DNA from: an uncultured Solibacteraceae bacterium | GTDB lineage: Bacteria > Acidobacteriota > Terriglobia > Bryobacterales > Bryobacteraceae | Direction of reading: 5' to 3' | Length of the DNA stretch: 64,000 nucleotides | Assembly (NCBI GenBank): GCA_964627045.1 | Contig: CAZVIK010000001.1 | Location: 14,902 to 78,901, forward strand | Shown here: positions 63,608 to 64,000 of the stretch, in pieces | How positions within the stretch are numbered: the stretch's first letter is position 1 | Layout: each line of letters begins with the position of its first letter | Translations under genes and position numbers: made by a program | Notes under the pieces: generated by a model | What the model was told of the DNA's origin: nothing | Seen by the model: only the letters and a program-made list of their open reading frames with translations | Databases searched by the model: none

Positions 63608-64000
63608 TCAGCGGCCCATCCCGCTGCGTCGCATCAACGCCTCGGGGTCCGGGTCGCGTCCCATGAAATTGCGGAACAGCGTTTCGGGCGGCTCGGCGTT
63701 TCCCTTTTCCAGGATCTCCTTGCGGAACGCCATGCCCGTCTTCGGATTGAACACGCCCTCTTTCTGGAAACGGCTGAAGGCGTCGGCATCCAGCACCTCG
63801 GACCACTTGTAGGAATAGTAGCCGCAGGCGTACATCCCGGAGAAAATGTGGCCGAAACTCGCCACCATGGCGTATTCCTCGGGCAGGGCGAACGGCGTGA
63901 ACCGCTCCACCGCCTGGCGCGCGTACCCCAGCAGGCTTCCGTCGCGCGCCTCGTCGTAGTCCACGTGCAGCGCCATGTCCAGCACGCCGAAGGAAAGCTG
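63608..64000 (-). CDS. M3 family metallopeptidase (oligopeptidase A/Dcp-like), C-terminal part; 5' end beyond window
   Basis: The C-terminal block FGHIFSGMYACGYYSYKWSEVLDADAFSRF...GNAEPPETLFRNFMGRDPDPEALMRRSG is typical of peptidase M3. The frame runs open to base 64000. Confidence 0.85.
   Translation of the reverse strand, partial: QLSFGVLDMALHVDYDEARDGSLLGYARQAVERFTPFALPEEYAMVASFGHIFSGMYACGYYSYKWSEVLDADAFSRFQKEGVFNPKTGMAFRKEILEKGNAEPPETLFRNFMGRDPDPEALMRRSGMGR

Overview
Densely coding, high-GC bacterial chromosomal window (GC judged by eye, not computed). The gene content suggests an Acidobacteriota-like soil organism, which is inference only: CarboxypepD_reg-type TonB-dependent barrel, Tat-exported Gfo/Idh/MocA oxidoreductases, DUF1080, and many secreted glycoside hydrolases. 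Layout: (1) 1-12 kb holds an oxidoreductase, a DUF1810 gene and a beta-propeller gene, then the cell-shape cluster mreB-mreC-mreD-mrdA-rodA, an Rne/Rng ribonuclease with a very large insertion, a translationally coupled secreted protein, and tRNA-Ser(GGA). (2) 12-33 kb is a glycan-degradation region: GH78 rhamnosidase, MBL hydrolase, PilZ protein, a decayed B12-radical-SAM remnant, a Tat-exported oxidoreductase/TIM-barrel pair, CBM9/DUF5916, GH3, carboxylesterase, cyclophilin, a GntR regulator, a GH55-like/SMP-30 fusion and an aldose epimerase. (3) 33.3-42.6 kb is a seven-gene, start/stop-overlapping operon. It combines a NitT/TauT-type ABC importer, an embedded PaaK/F390-like adenylating enzyme, an outer-membrane TonB-dependent-like barrel, a CE4 deacetylase and a GT4 glycosyltransferase. 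This is my best candidate for an undescribed system. (4) 42.6-49.4 kb is a divergent sugar uptake/catabolism unit: SDR and DUF1080 on one strand, and an SSS transporter, small membrane protein, FucI-like isomerase and ribulokinase on the other. (5) 49.4-64 kb holds a carboxylesterase interrupted by an in-frame TAG, then DinB, ftsK, uppP, rnj, a secreted protein flanked by a ~150-nt direct repeat, an intact B12-radical-SAM gene, an RRM RNA-binding protein, kpsF, a radical SAM/oxidoreductase pair and a partial M3 peptidase. I saw no transposase, integrase, CRISPR array, rRNA or recognisable defence or toxin-antitoxin genes. All functional calls come from motif and architecture recognition by eye; no database search was run.
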